NCBI GenBank assembly: GCA_002269645.1
Contig: NIVC01001987.1
Coordinates: 68,463-132,462, forward strand
Source of the DNA: Macrostomum lignano
Taxonomy: Eukaryota
Length of the DNA stretch: 64,000 nucleotides
Direction of reading: 5' to 3'
A program made the translations under genes and the position numbers. The notes under the pieces are model-generated. The model was not told where the DNA came from. It made no database searches and was given only the letters and a program-made list of their open reading frames with translations. Shown in pieces: positions 47,979-59,600 of this stretch (position 1 is the stretch's first letter; every line of letters begins with the position of its first letter).

Positions 47979-50900
47979 GGTCCTTCCAACTTGCCCTGGG
48001 CGCTGTACCCGCTGGTTTATGAATTTCTCAAGTCTGAGATCAGTTGCTGAGAGCTAGCTGCCTTGGCTTTATTACAGTGACTCCCAGATCCACGTCCCCG
48101 TTGCCTCCAACTGCAACTGCTTGGCTGGCAGCTGTTGAAAAAAGTAGTGGAGTACAACCTATGCGGACAGCGAAGCAATAGAAACTAAGACAGTGCTGCC
48201 TCAGCCCTCTACAGAGGCAAATCGATTTTCCTTTTCTACAGTGAAGCGTCAGAACTGCCGCAAACGGTCTATTCGAAATGATATCCATTGCCAAAAATGC
48301 ACGATTGCTGGAGACGTGCTTAATTTTATTTTATTGCGATTTCACTTGCTTCTACGCGTGTTTAACAGAATTTCTGTGGTGTATTCGAGTGCAGCACTCA
48401 CTCAGACCATTTGCTGGCACAGGGCACGGGGCTACAGTCCAGTAAGTCTTGCGGATGCAGAGTCACTATAGTAGGGTGGACTGGCAGCAGATTAGGGAAC
48501 AAGAACCGTTAGTATTAAGAGGACGCGACACGTCTGTCTCGCTAGTATCAATAGTTATGAAAATCGTAATGGGGACTCGATTGCGGTTTGAAATGCATCA
48601 GTTAGGATAACGAATTTACAGTTTTTGCCAAGATTTGACATTTTCTCACATTTTGAGACTCTCCAAGACTTTCGAAAAGCCTATGAAGACCTACTGCACA
48701 TATTTTTTTATTCCGAGGTGATTTCACCAGTTAAGTAACTTTGTCATGAAACTAAAGTTACCAGAGAGACCCAGAAATCGAACAAAACTGTAGTGCTTTC
48801 TAGCCAGCATACGCTCGTACACCCCATTTGATTTATTTGCCTGGCAAGTGTTTATACATGTAAATTCAATCTTAACAGTTTCAAAGTAGGTGCTTAAAGT
48901 CCTTGTGCAGCCAAATTATATCGCCATCCTCCCAACTTTTAGCAGCCGACAAGTTCAGCCGCTCCAGGGTCTGCGCTCTCCATGCGCTGTATTTGCGACT
49001 GATAAAAAAATCTGTTACAAAAGCCCTGTCATCCGCAGGCATGTGCCTTTCCAAGATCTCTATTTGAACTGCAGCCACTCTGAACTGGCTGAACAGACAG
49101 CCCGACGTCCTCAGGAAGTCCGCCTCTCCGCCCTCGATGTCCAGCTTGATGACGACGTTCCTCGTGCCGATGAGGCCGCACAGCCGCTCGCTCCTTACCG
49201 GCATCACGGGGATCGAGTCGACCACGGCTCTACCGAACTTGGTCGCTCCGCCGACGTTGCAGTCGTCAGGGAAGTTGAGGAAGCTCAGCTGGTCTCCGGA
49301 TCCGATGAAGTTCCACACGAGCGCCGCATCGAGCGCCGCCGCGTTGAGGCTCAGCCGCAATCGGAGCAGGTTGCGGATGTTCGCGTCCAGCGACACGACG
49401 GGCAGCCCGAGTCTCGCGGCCAGCAGGCTGTAGACACCGATGTTGCAACCCGCGTCGAGGAAGGTCGCGTTCGGCACCTTCAGAGCCAGTCTCATGGTTG
49501 TATGGACCAGCTCACGCTCCCATTCGTGACTGGTCTTGATGGCCTCAGAAATCATGTCTTTCCCAGGGTAGACGAACATTTGCAGCAGATTTTCGTTGAA
49601 ATCGCGGATTCGAGCTGGCACGCTGCCCTTGCGGATAATCTGCATAATCTGCGGCACGAACGGGGTGGCTAGTTTGCACAGCGGGAAACCAGCCGAAGTT
49701 TGTTTGTAGGCCTCGGCATTGACGCATAGGCGATGTCGCAGTTTCGGGTCCAGAAAGCTCATGTTCTTCAGTTCTGAGTAGGCGACGCAATTTTTCGGTC
49801 GCATTTCTACGCGTGCGCTGTTCGAGACAGAGTTGTACAGTCTGACGCAGAGATAGGCGGTGCTGCAGGCTAGTAGTAACAGCACCCTCAGGTACCTGAG
49901 GGTCAGCATGGTCCTTCCAACTTGCCCTGGGCGCTGTACCCGCTGGTTTATGAATTTCTCAAGTCTGAGATCAGTTGCTGAGAGCTAGCTGCCTTGGCTT
50001 TATTACAGTGACTCCCAGATCCACGTCCCCGTTGCCTCCAACTGCAACTGCTTGGCTGGCAGCTGTTGAAAAAAGTAGTGGAGTACAACCTATGCGGACA
50101 GCGAAGCAATAGAAACTAAGACAGTGCTGCCTCAGCCCTCTACAGAGGCAAATCGATTTTCCTTTTCTACAGTGAAGCGTCAGAACTGCCGCAAACGGTC
50201 TATTCGAAATGATATCCATTGCCAAAAATGCACGATTGCTGGAGACGTGCTTAATTTTATTTTATTGCGATTTCACTTGCTTCTACGCGTGTTTAACAGA
50301 ATTTCTGTGGTGTATTCGAGTGCAGCACTCACTCAGACCATTTGCTGGCACAGGGCACGGGGCTACAGTCCAGTAAGTCTTGCGGATGCAGAGTCACTAT
50401 AGTAGGGTGGACTGGCAGCAGATTAGGGAACAAGAACCGTTAGTATTAAGAGGACGCGACACGTCTGTCTCGCTAGTATCAATAGTTATGAAAATCGTAA
50501 TGGGGACTCGATTGCGGTTTGAAATGCATCAGTTAGGATAACGAATTTACAGTTTTTGCCAAGATTTGACATTTTCTCACATTTTGAGACTCTCCAAGAC
50601 TTTCGAAAAGCCTATGAAGACCTACTGCACATATTTTTTTATTCCGAGGTGATTTCACCAGTTAAGTAACTTTGTCATGAAACTAAAGTTACCAGAGAGA
50701 CCCAGAAATCGAACAAAACTGTAGTGCTTTCTAGCCAGCATACGCTCGTACACCCCATTTGATTTATTTGCCTGGCAAGTGTTTATACATGTAAATTCAA
50801 TCTTAACAGTTTCAAAGTAGGTGCTTAAAGTCCTTGTGCAGCCAAATTATATCGCCATCCTCCCAACTTTTAGCAGCCGACAAGTTCAGCCGCTCCAGGG

Positions 50901-51290
50901 TCTGCGCTCTCCATGCGCTGTATTTGCGACTGATAAAAAAATCTGTTACAAAAGCCCTGTCATCCGCAGGCATGTGCCTTTCCAAGATCTCTATTTGAAC
51001 TGCAGCCACTCTGAACTGGCTGAACAGACAGCCCGACGTCCTCAGGAAGTCCGCCTCTCCGCCCTCGATGTCCAGCTTGATGACGACGTTCCTCGTGCCG
51101 ATGAGGCCGCACAGCCGCTCGCTCCTTACCGGCATCACGGGGATCGAGTCGACCACGGCTCTACCGAACTTGGTCGCTCCGCCGACGTTGCAGTCGTCAG
51201 GGAAGTTGAGGAAGCTCAGCTGGTCTCCGGATCCGATGAAGTTCCACACGAGCGCCGCATCGAGCGCCGCCGCGTTGAGGCTCAGCCGCA
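47159..51290. repeat. Near-perfect 1931-bp-period tandem segmental duplication (47159-49359 repeated at 49090-51290)
   Basis: Equivalent features are offset by exactly 1931 bp (47978/49909, 48881/50812, 48040/49971). The intergenic stretches look identical by eye. Confidence 0.92.
48881..49909 (-). CDS. FkbM-family methyltransferase, copy B, 342 aa (N-terminus of A, C-terminus of C)
   Basis: Same motifs as A; first ~275 aa match A and the last ~70 aa match C. Confidence 0.86.
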   Translation of the reverse strand: MLTLRYLRVLLLLACSTAYLCVRLYNSVSNSARVEMRPKNCVAYSELKNMSFLDPKLRHRLCVNAEAYKQTSAGFPLCKLATPFVPQIMQIIRKGSVPARIRDFNENLLQMFVYPGKDMISEAIKTSHEWERELVHTTMRLALKVPNATFLDAGCNIGVYSLLAARLGLPVVSLDANIRNLLRLRLSLNAAALDAALVWNFIGSGDQLSFLNFPDDCNVGGATKFGRAVVDSIPVMPVRSERLCGLIGTRNVVIKLDIEGGEADFLRTSGCLFSQFRVAAVQIEILERHMPADDRAFVTDFFISRKYSAWRAQTLERLNLSAAKSWEDGDIIWLHKDFKHLL

Positions 51291-51918
51291 GCCGGAGCAG
51301 GTTGCGGATGTTCGCGTCCAGCGACACGACGGGCAGCCCGAGTCTCGCGGCCAGCAGGCTGTAGACACCGATGTTGCAACCCGCGTCGAGGAAGGTCGCG
51401 TTCGGCACCTTCAGAGCGAGTCTCATGGTTGTATGCACAATTTCTGGCTCCCAATTCTTGCTTGTCATGATCTGCATAGAAATTGCGTCGTTCTCAGGAT
51501 ACACAAACATTTGGACAAACTCATTCCTCATATCAAGGAGTTTCGCGACCAGACTTCCTCTCCTGACAACGTCCAGCAACTGAATATTGAACGGGTGTTG
51601 CAGCCGACACAGCGGGTAGCTCCCTCCAGCTCTCACAAATGCTTTTTCATCTTTGCAGAGGATGCTCCTGAACTTAGGGTGACGAAAGTCAAATTCGCGC
51701 AGCTCCAGGTGGCTGTGGCACCTTACATGCTGAGCTGCTCCGCTGCTGATCTCCACCAGAGCGTCGCAAAGCGTAGAGTCCAACCTGCAGCTGATGCTGT
51801 TGAATTTCGAGCTCTTCTGAGTCATTTTTGCTGGCTGCCTCTCTTCCAATAGCGCCCAGAAGGCGACGCAGCAGGCAGTAAGTAGGAGAGCCAGAATTTT
51901 CTGCCTTGAGAGAGCCAT
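50812..51918 (-). CDS. FkbM-family methyltransferase, copy C, 368 aa, distinct N-terminus with membrane anchor
   Basis: Same motifs; N-terminus ILALLLTACCVAFWALL. Confidence 0.88.
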   Translation of the reverse strand: MALSRQKILALLLTACCVAFWALLEERQPAKMTQKSSKFNSISCRLDSTLCDALVEISSGAAQHVRCHSHLELREFDFRHPKFRSILCKDEKAFVRAGGSYPLCRLQHPFNIQLLDVVRRGSLVAKLLDMRNEFVQMFVYPENDAISMQIMTSKNWEPEIVHTTMRLALKVPNATFLDAGCNIGVYSLLAARLGLPVVSLDANIRNLLRLRLSLNAAALDAALVWNFIGSGDQLSFLNFPDDCNVGGATKFGRAVVDSIPVMPVRSERLCGLIGTRNVVIKLDIEGGEADFLRTSGCLFSQFRVAAVQIEILERHMPADDRAFVTDFFISRKYSAWRAQTLERLNLSAAKSWEDGDIIWLHKDFKHLL

Positions 51919-53237
51919 GCCGGATGTCAGATCCCAGACTTGGCTGACTTGACGCGGAGTTTAATGGCTGCGCCTCTGCTCTTTATCTTGCCATTCTGGC
52001 ATTCCAAATCGATTAAAGTCAGGTAAAGCTTTGCAGCTGGTACAACACATTGTAGTATTGGTTTAGGTGCTTGCGTACAGAAATTGCTGACTTTATGACC
52101 AAAGAGTTTTAGATTGGACATCAAGACTTTGCGTCAAAATAGAAAATCATTTCTGGAACTACTGGCGGCGTTTGAGCATTCTATTCCCGGAACTTCATAA
52201 TTCCGGCTTCAGCCCACTTTTTCTGAAGTCATTTAATAGGAATTTTTCCGGCCTTAGCTTTCCCCATCTCCTCCCAATTCAATTCGGTGGGGGCAGAGGA
52301 ACGATTGACAATACTGTGGCTCCACTGGGTTGCGTCACTCTTGATTAGCTAACGGTCTTATGCGTTTTTATTGACTGACTCTATAAGTTTAATGTACAAG
52401 TACTGTACTCATAGCCTGCCCGCCGCGAGCTTGTAGCTTATTGCACTTGAATGAGTTTATGTTTTGGCGCGGCAAGATGTCTCTCAGTTTGTGAGTTGCA
52501 ATGTAAATGCACGAGGCTCGAGACGGTGTAGCAAGTCGTGAATCTCTGCGTACCCAATTTGCCTTTTATTTCTCACTTCGACACGTAATTCTCAATACGG
52601 CAGGAATACGAGGCGATCTCGCAGTGGTAGCTGGTCTTGTGTGGAATGAAAGGCTCAACCCTCCCGCTCCAATATGCTGCAGTCACTGCCGTTTGGCTTG
52701 CACCGTCTCAGTACGGACTGCTGCAACGATTAAACACAATTGCGCGTAACCAGCTGCCATGGCACCACATGCTTCACTAGTGCTTTGCCGTATGCTTCTC
52801 TTCTGACTCTGAACCTTTCTACAGTGTACCCCTGGAGACTCTGGGGCACTGCGCGGCATGCAATGAGCTTAGGAAAATGCGTTGATTGGCACGACTCTGC
52901 CGTTTTCCAATGCTGCATGCGCAGCTCGCTAATATCATTTATGACTTAGCGCCGGACTCAGGAGCAAGAGAAGTTCCTATTAGTAAAAGGTTTTTCGTAA
53001 GCTCTCCTTGAGACACGTATGCAGCCTTCTAACCGAATCTTTTTTCGATCAGCAGCCAATAGGGTTCGATGAGCTTGAATCAGAGCAACAGTCCTGGCTG
53101 GCGAGTGAGCAGAGTTGGAATAATAAAAATGCATCGCACTGAAATGCTTCTGTCTGAAGCTCACGAAGCCAGTCGTGTTGTGACCAGAGTTCAAAGTGAC
53201 TGCAGGATTTGGGACAACTGAAGTTCACTTCCCACTG

Positions 53238-54470
53238 ATGGCTCGGCCAAAGCAAAATATTATGCTGCTCGCCTTGTGCGCCACGGCCCTCTTCATGGCG
53301 TACATTTTGTACTCCAGGGTACGATGGCGCGACCATATCAAACCGCGGTCTTTGAAAAAGCATTTCATTTCCGATGCCCATGAACCAAATCCAATCCAAA
53401 TCGTAGAAACTCCAAAGGAAAGTGGAAGACAGATTTCGAGTAGGAAAAACGAAACAGCGATCGCGAAGACTGTTGCTACGCGACCGCTGCAAACAGAGTT
53501 GCAAACAAGAGCACCGGCAACAATGAAAACAAACTGCAAAATCTACAATGAGCTGCGCAATGTGGACTTCCAGCAGCCGGCGCTCCGCCACGTCCTGTGC
53601 AGCGGCGCCAAGGCGTACGAGAAAGTGGCGGGCGGGTTCCCCATGTGCCGGCTGCAGAACCCGTTCGATGACAGAATCCTCGAGGTTGTGCGGTCCGGCA
53701 GCTCGACCGCCGATCTGCTGGACATGAATAACACCAAGGTGAAGATGTTTGTCTACTCTGAGATAGACAGAATTTCTGAGGCCATCAAGACCAGTCACGA
53801 ATGGGAGCGTGAGCTGGTCCATACAACCATGAGACTGGCTCTGAAGGTGCCGAACGCGACCTTCCTCGACGCGGGTTGCAACATCGGTGTCTACAGCCTG
53901 CTGGCCGCGAGACTCGGGCTGCCCGTCGTTTCGCTGGACGCGAACATCCGCAACCTGCTCCGGCTGCGGCTGAGCCTCAACGCGGCGGCGCTCGATGCGG
54001 CGCTCGTGTGGAACTTCATCGGATCCGGAGACCAGCTGAGCTTCCTCAACTTCCCTGACGACTGCAACGTCGGCGGAGCGACCAAGTTCGGCAGAGCCGT
54101 GGTCGACTCGATCCCCGTGATGCCGGTAAGGAGCGAGCGGCTGTGCGGCCTCATCGGCACGAGGAACGTCGTCATCAAGCTGGACATCGAGGGCGGAGAG
54201 ACGGACTTCCTGAGGACGTCGGGCTGTCTGTTCAGCCAGTTCAGAGTGGTTTTTGTGCAGATGGAGTTTCTGAGGCAGCACATGGTCGGAACTGACAGCG
54301 CAACGATAGTGGACTTCTTCGCCAGCAGAAACTACTCCGCCTGGCGGACTCCGGGCCTGTCAGCGCTGGATGTCAAAAATGCAGAACTGTGGGAGGACTG
54401 CGATATATTGTGGATTCATAAGGACTTTGACCACCTTATTTACAGCGAAAGATTTACACTTGCCATTTAA
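53238..54470 (+). CDS. FkbM-family methyltransferase, copy D (inverted), 410 aa, third N-terminus with membrane anchor and longer stem
   Basis: First in-frame ATG at 53238 (track start 53196 is GTG); IMLLALCATALFMAYILY anchor; core motifs intact; C-terminus nearly identical to A. Confidence 0.88.
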   Translation: MARPKQNIMLLALCATALFMAYILYSRVRWRDHIKPRSLKKHFISDAHEPNPIQIVETPKESGRQISSRKNETAIAKTVATRPLQTELQTRAPATMKTNCKIYNELRNVDFQQPALRHVLCSGAKAYEKVAGGFPMCRLQNPFDDRILEVVRSGSSTADLLDMNNTKVKMFVYSEIDRISEAIKTSHEWERELVHTTMRLALKVPNATFLDAGCNIGVYSLLAARLGLPVVSLDANIRNLLRLRLSLNAAALDAALVWNFIGSGDQLSFLNFPDDCNVGGATKFGRAVVDSIPVMPVRSERLCGLIGTRNVVIKLDIEGGETDFLRTSGCLFSQFRVVFVQMEFLRQHMVGTDSATIVDFFASRNYSAWRTPGLSALDVKNAELWEDCDILWIHKDFDHLIYSERFTLAI

Positions 54471-56641
54471 TCAGAAGATTATTGGGAAGCGTCAAAACTC
54501 ACTTATTTATCCTACACAGAATAAATGAGACGCTTCCTCGTGCAACAACTGCAGTTGCGAGTTCGAGACCAAGTCGGGTCTTATGACAGGGCCCGCTAAT
54601 CCCAGTAATCGCGAGTGTAATATTCTCGATAACACCGCTACGAGTACTTCTAGAAATCCTTGATGAAGTCTGGATACATGTTAAGTGCTCTTTGCCCTTT
54701 GTTTTGAGTTACTTTATATATTTAACCTTCTGCCGTCAGGCAGTCCGCCTCAAAAAAACAAATATTGTTAGTAGTACTACTGATAGTAACAAAGGCCTAA
54801 CACACACTAAAAAATTATTCTCTTTTCTGGCGTGGTACATTAGATAAGCCTTCACTTTGAGCAGCGCTGAGCTGTTCCAACTCAAACGCGACAATTGCTC
54901 AACTTCTGGGCAGGTCTTTTCCGATGTTGCAGGGCTCCCGCGAGTTCATCTGTTTTAACTTTGAACAAAATCACTAAGACAGATTTCGCTAAGATTTGCC
55001 ATTCTGCATTTTGCTCTTCGGGCTTTGGTTTATCATCGAGAAAAGTCCGTATTTAAAATACACAAGTGAGCTTCCAGTTTTTAGTGAGCTTCCTCCATTC
55101 GAAGTCGCATCTAATGAGCTCTTTCCATGTCTGAGGCTAGCAAGCAGCTTCTCCGCACTGAGAGAACAGACTCACACAAAAAATCCCGCTGCTACTCCAC
55201 TCATAGAGGCGATTTCTTGCATTCTGCATTGGCGCAAGGCAGTGGGAAGCCAGGACGGAGGGATGGAGCTGCTGCGGGTTGGGATAAGCCGGCAGTCACA
55301 TGAGCCCCAACTATTTGTCATGGCAACCGCTCCCATCAGCCGAAGCGCGGTGGCAACTCCCCCCATCTTCTGCGCATCCATGCAGCAGAAATCAACTATC
55401 GGCCGCCGCCACTGGCCGCCCGCATTCATTTTCCACCCCTGCATGCTCGCGCAGCGAAGCGCTGCCCCCATCGTCTCGCATGAGCCGCCTGCCTGCCTCT
55501 GTCCCTTCATCTCACCTGATGCCAACTCACCTGAGCTGGGGCTGCTGCTGTTTGCCCGCCTGGTAACTAGAAGCTGGGGCAAATTGCAAACAGGGGGGGG
55601 GGGGTACAGAAGCCTTCTCTCTCCGATGCCAGCAGCCGACTGGTTTATTGCAGCAGCAGTGCCGCATCGATCTGGCGGCTGGCGGAGGAGGGCGGTGGTG
55701 TCGCCATGAATTTTTCATGCCGTGCCGCGGGACTGCTGGGACGGGAACTCTGCTAGCGAGGCCTGTCGCCCCTCTCCTCCCCTTCGTCTTCTTCGATTGT
55801 TCCCTCACTGCAGCTCCGCATGTCTGCAGCTGTTCTGTCTTTCAAAGACAAAAAGTCGCTTTGCCTTCTTAGTGCCACCTCTTCTTGAGCCTCTCTTCTC
55901 TTCTTGAGGCTTCTGGCGTCACTCTGCTGTTAATAAAGGAGAACCTGGCCACTGCGTAAGCAGAATTGCGGAGAGGATGCTGTTGACAGTATATTCTGTA
56001 TTTGCTTTTTTGAAAGAGTAGAATTTTGTTACTTAGTTTTGACACGAATCGATTTTCGCGGAACAAAAACAGTTGATAATTTGTGAACTGACAGAAAAAT
56101 GACAGGCATTTTTGAAGAGGCAAAATTAAACAGTTGCTTTGTTTTTTTGTATGCAAAGTGGTTAAAAAGAGGGCAGCGCTTGTACTAGCGAAAGTAACCA
56201 AAGTTGGACTGACAGCCAAGGCCACTCTTCCTAATTTCCGATTTCATTCCTTCATATCCAGTTGGTTTTGCGCGACATTATTCATTGATTCTGTAACGCT
56301 TAAATAAAAAGTGTCGGTTCTCATTTGATCGATGCCAAATTTCTTCCAAAAGCATCAGGCAGCCTTGAGTTGCCAGTCCAGCTATCTGGTATGAAATTAC
56401 TGCTAGCTCAGAAAAATACCACTGTATAAAAAAGTGACTACTTTTTATAAGAAAAAATTAAAGGTACATAATTTTCGTTTATGAGTTTTTTTATTTGAAA
56501 AATTTTAAACTGTTAAATAAAGCCGTGAAAAAATTAACTCGAGAGCCTAAATATTCTCTGTTCTGGAGTCGATGCTTTTCAGTTCCTCAGGCAAAGTTGG
56601 TCCTCCACTTTATGTGCTCCGGTTTATCCTGGCCGACTCTC

Positions 56642-59600
56642 TCAGAGCCAGTTGGCATCGGCCCAGCCGGCGATCAGCGTCCAGGTCTTGTTCTGGCCGT
56701 CCTTGCTGATGTGGAGGCCCGTGACGTCGACGCTAACGGTGAAGGTGTCATTGTACTTCATGCCATATGTGGGGCACAGCAGAGTGGCGTTGTTGGTGCC
56801 GAAGTCCTGCCACGGAATCTCAATGGCGCGGCGGCCCAGAGCCAGGTTGGTCGTGTAGTCCTCCTCCGAGATGGCGAACCAGCTCCAACCGCCGTCAATG
56901 GACTTCATGCGGCTCCGTTCATCGTAGGCGGTGCCGTAGATGCTCGAGTCGGTCGGCAGGACGAAGCCAATCTGGCTGATCACGCTGTCCAATGCTTCCC
57001 AGCTGGCGCCAAAGTCCACAGAGCGAGAGCAGTGGGCCCGACCCCCGGGCCTATAGAGCATGCAAGCGTAAATGGCGCCCTCTTTGGGACTGATGACGTA
57101 GCTGCGACTGTGGCTGAAGCCAGTGGCCTTGGTCGTCACTTCGTAGCATGCTTCAGCAGGTGTCACGTCGGTTGTCTGCTGACAACCATAAAATTCCACG
57201 CGCAGCGAGCGGCTGTAGGTCTTTGGCGAGCCAGTCAAAGGCAGTATCCTGATGTACCGACCTACAATGGCCTTGTTTAGCTTCACGTAAGCCGAGCCGC
57301 CAGAGTAAGTAGCCGTGTAAACCTGAAAGTTATCGAAATTTGAAAGCAGCTTGTATTGATGCGCTGTTTTCTGGCAACAATGGCTGCCTGCACAGCTTCT
57401 AATATAGTTAAAAATATTGCGCAACTTACCTCCTTGGTGTTGGTGTTGTTGCTGTTGACATCAAACCATAGAAGACCCTCCTCGCTGTATTGAAACCAGA
57501 AGGTATCCACCTTGTTGTTGGTATCATCCTTATGCGACTGAAGCCTGACCGCGCTGACTCGGGTTCGATTTCCTAAGTTGATCTCCAGGAACTCGTTGCC
57601 GTAGAATGGTGGCCCGCGGTGAAGCGTAGTCCAAGCAGCGGTGGAGTTGTAGCGGCTGTGGAGTGGGCTGTCCGTGCCCAGATAGCCGCTGGAGGTGATC
57701 TGACAGTCTGCTATAGCACCCGACTCCATTCCCAATGGGTTTGCGCAGTCGGGTACGAAGACATTCAGTCCAGCGCGGAAGGTTGGCGAGTAAGCATTTA
57801 CGGCGGTTGTAGTAACGACGGAACCTGGCTTGTTTCGGTGCGTGTAAAAAGCATCGGCAAGTAGCGTAATGAAGGTGATGCCGCTTCCGTACTTCAAGGC
57901 GCCCAGAGGATCGACTGTAGCATTGATCACGATGTACAGATCATCGGTGTACGTGATGCGAGGGAAAGTGATTAGAATTCCCTCGCTAGCGTTTGTGTTG
58001 TTCTGGACGGTGACAGTGAATGGGACGGAGCTCACAAAAGCCGAGTATCCAATGACGTAGGGTATGTACCAGAAAAGGTTGACACCGTAAGCATTTCCGC
58101 GTGACGTCTCCGTGTGGTTGAGACGAATAGCCAGCTGTACGTCCGCGCCCGGTATCTTACTATAAACCGACAGGTTCTGTACCTCCGTCTGGAAGATCTG
58201 TAAGCTTGGCTTATCCGTGGCCGTAATATTCACCATCACAGGAGCGTTCGTAGAGACCGTCTCTCCACTGAAAGTCAAGTTACAGTAGATGTACTGGACA
58301 CTATTGGCGATGTTGTCCTCGTGATCCATTAGGCGAGCCTTTACTTTGAACTGCAGCACGTCAGAATCCTTATGATACTTGCTCCACTGGTGACGTCTGA
58401 AGACTCCAGTGTTACCAACATAAGCGTTTGCCATGATCACGTCTACCTGGGTATTGCCCAAAGTCGAAACGTTGGAATATACAAAATTAAGTTTGTCCTG
58501 GCAGCAAATGTTGGTACCCTTGTAGGTAACATTTAGTTCACGGAAGGTGAACTTTGCCTCCGAACTAGCAGGAGTTGCGTTGGAATAAATAGTGAGCGTG
58601 AAGTTGGTCAGCGACTCGGCGATTGTGACATTAAATGTGAAAGTTCTCTCTTCGAAAATATTCATTTGCACCGTATCTGTCACGGCCGGGGTGATGTAGG
58701 GATTCAGTCCAGTTATAGTGGGCAGAGTGTCCGTTACGGTTAGCGACTTGCTGCCGACCCAAACAAGACTGTTGCTGATGTTCACCGAGGCTCCAACCCA
58801 AAGCGTTTCTCCTACGCTTGTCATTGTTCCGTTCACGTAAATGTCGGCCTCAATAATTATTTTGTTATCTTCCTGAACCACCGCACCAGAAGTGGCAATG
58901 TTTTGGATGAAGCCCAGGTTAATTTGACTTCTGTCAGTAGCCCCAGAATCGTAAGTGTCGTTGAAAACCCTAGTCAGCTGGGTGTCATTCACACAGGGCA
59001 AGTTCCAGCCAACACGAACGACCCTGGTAGAACAAATATGAAGCTTGCCTCGATCGCTTGTGTTAAATGGAACGAGGAAGTCGACCGAGTATTCGCCCAG
59101 GGTATCCACGGGCAGGTATCCTTCCAGTACGACAGTATGGGTACCATTTCGGACTAAATTCTGCGATCCATTTCTAAGTCCAAGGCTAAATTGAGGCGTG
59201 AACTGAATGCTGGGCAGAGTGCTGTTGATTGTTATATTCACACCATCCACCCAGAGCTTTTTCGAGCCGATATAAATGACCCCACCAGCTGACACAACCG
59301 ATCCTGAAGTACCCGACTTAACTTGTAGAACTACATCGAACAGACCGGAGTTGTCGCTACCGCTGTACTTGGTGCATGGTTGACCCACATTTGCAAAGTT
59401 CAAAAGATCTAACTGGTACTCCTTAACGATAGTGCTGCTGCCATTAGCGAGGGTCACATTTGGTTCAATCATTTGGCCAAGGCAAGGTACGTTCACACCC
59501 CTTTTAGCCAGGCCCACGCGGCAAATGTGGAGGTTCTCATTCAGCGACACAACATCAATGACGTAGCGACCATAGCTTTGGATAACGCTGGTCATGTTGT

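Noticed and set aside
47110-54283. Antisense ORFs of 130-410 aa over the methyltransferases, and similar ones over AGO, AGL and the LINE
   Set aside because: Shadow ORFs of GC3-rich coding sequence
46920-54470. Recent bacterial horizontal transfer or contamination as the origin of the intronless FkbM genes
   Set aside because: Not supportable from sequence alone: codon style resembles the neighbouring host exons, type II membrane FkbM proteins are known in animals, and there is no operon-like or mobile context; needs phylogeny
54996-55872. Overlapping 60-237 aa ORFs on both strands
   Set aside because: No motifs, non-ATG or weak starts, no consistent codon bias
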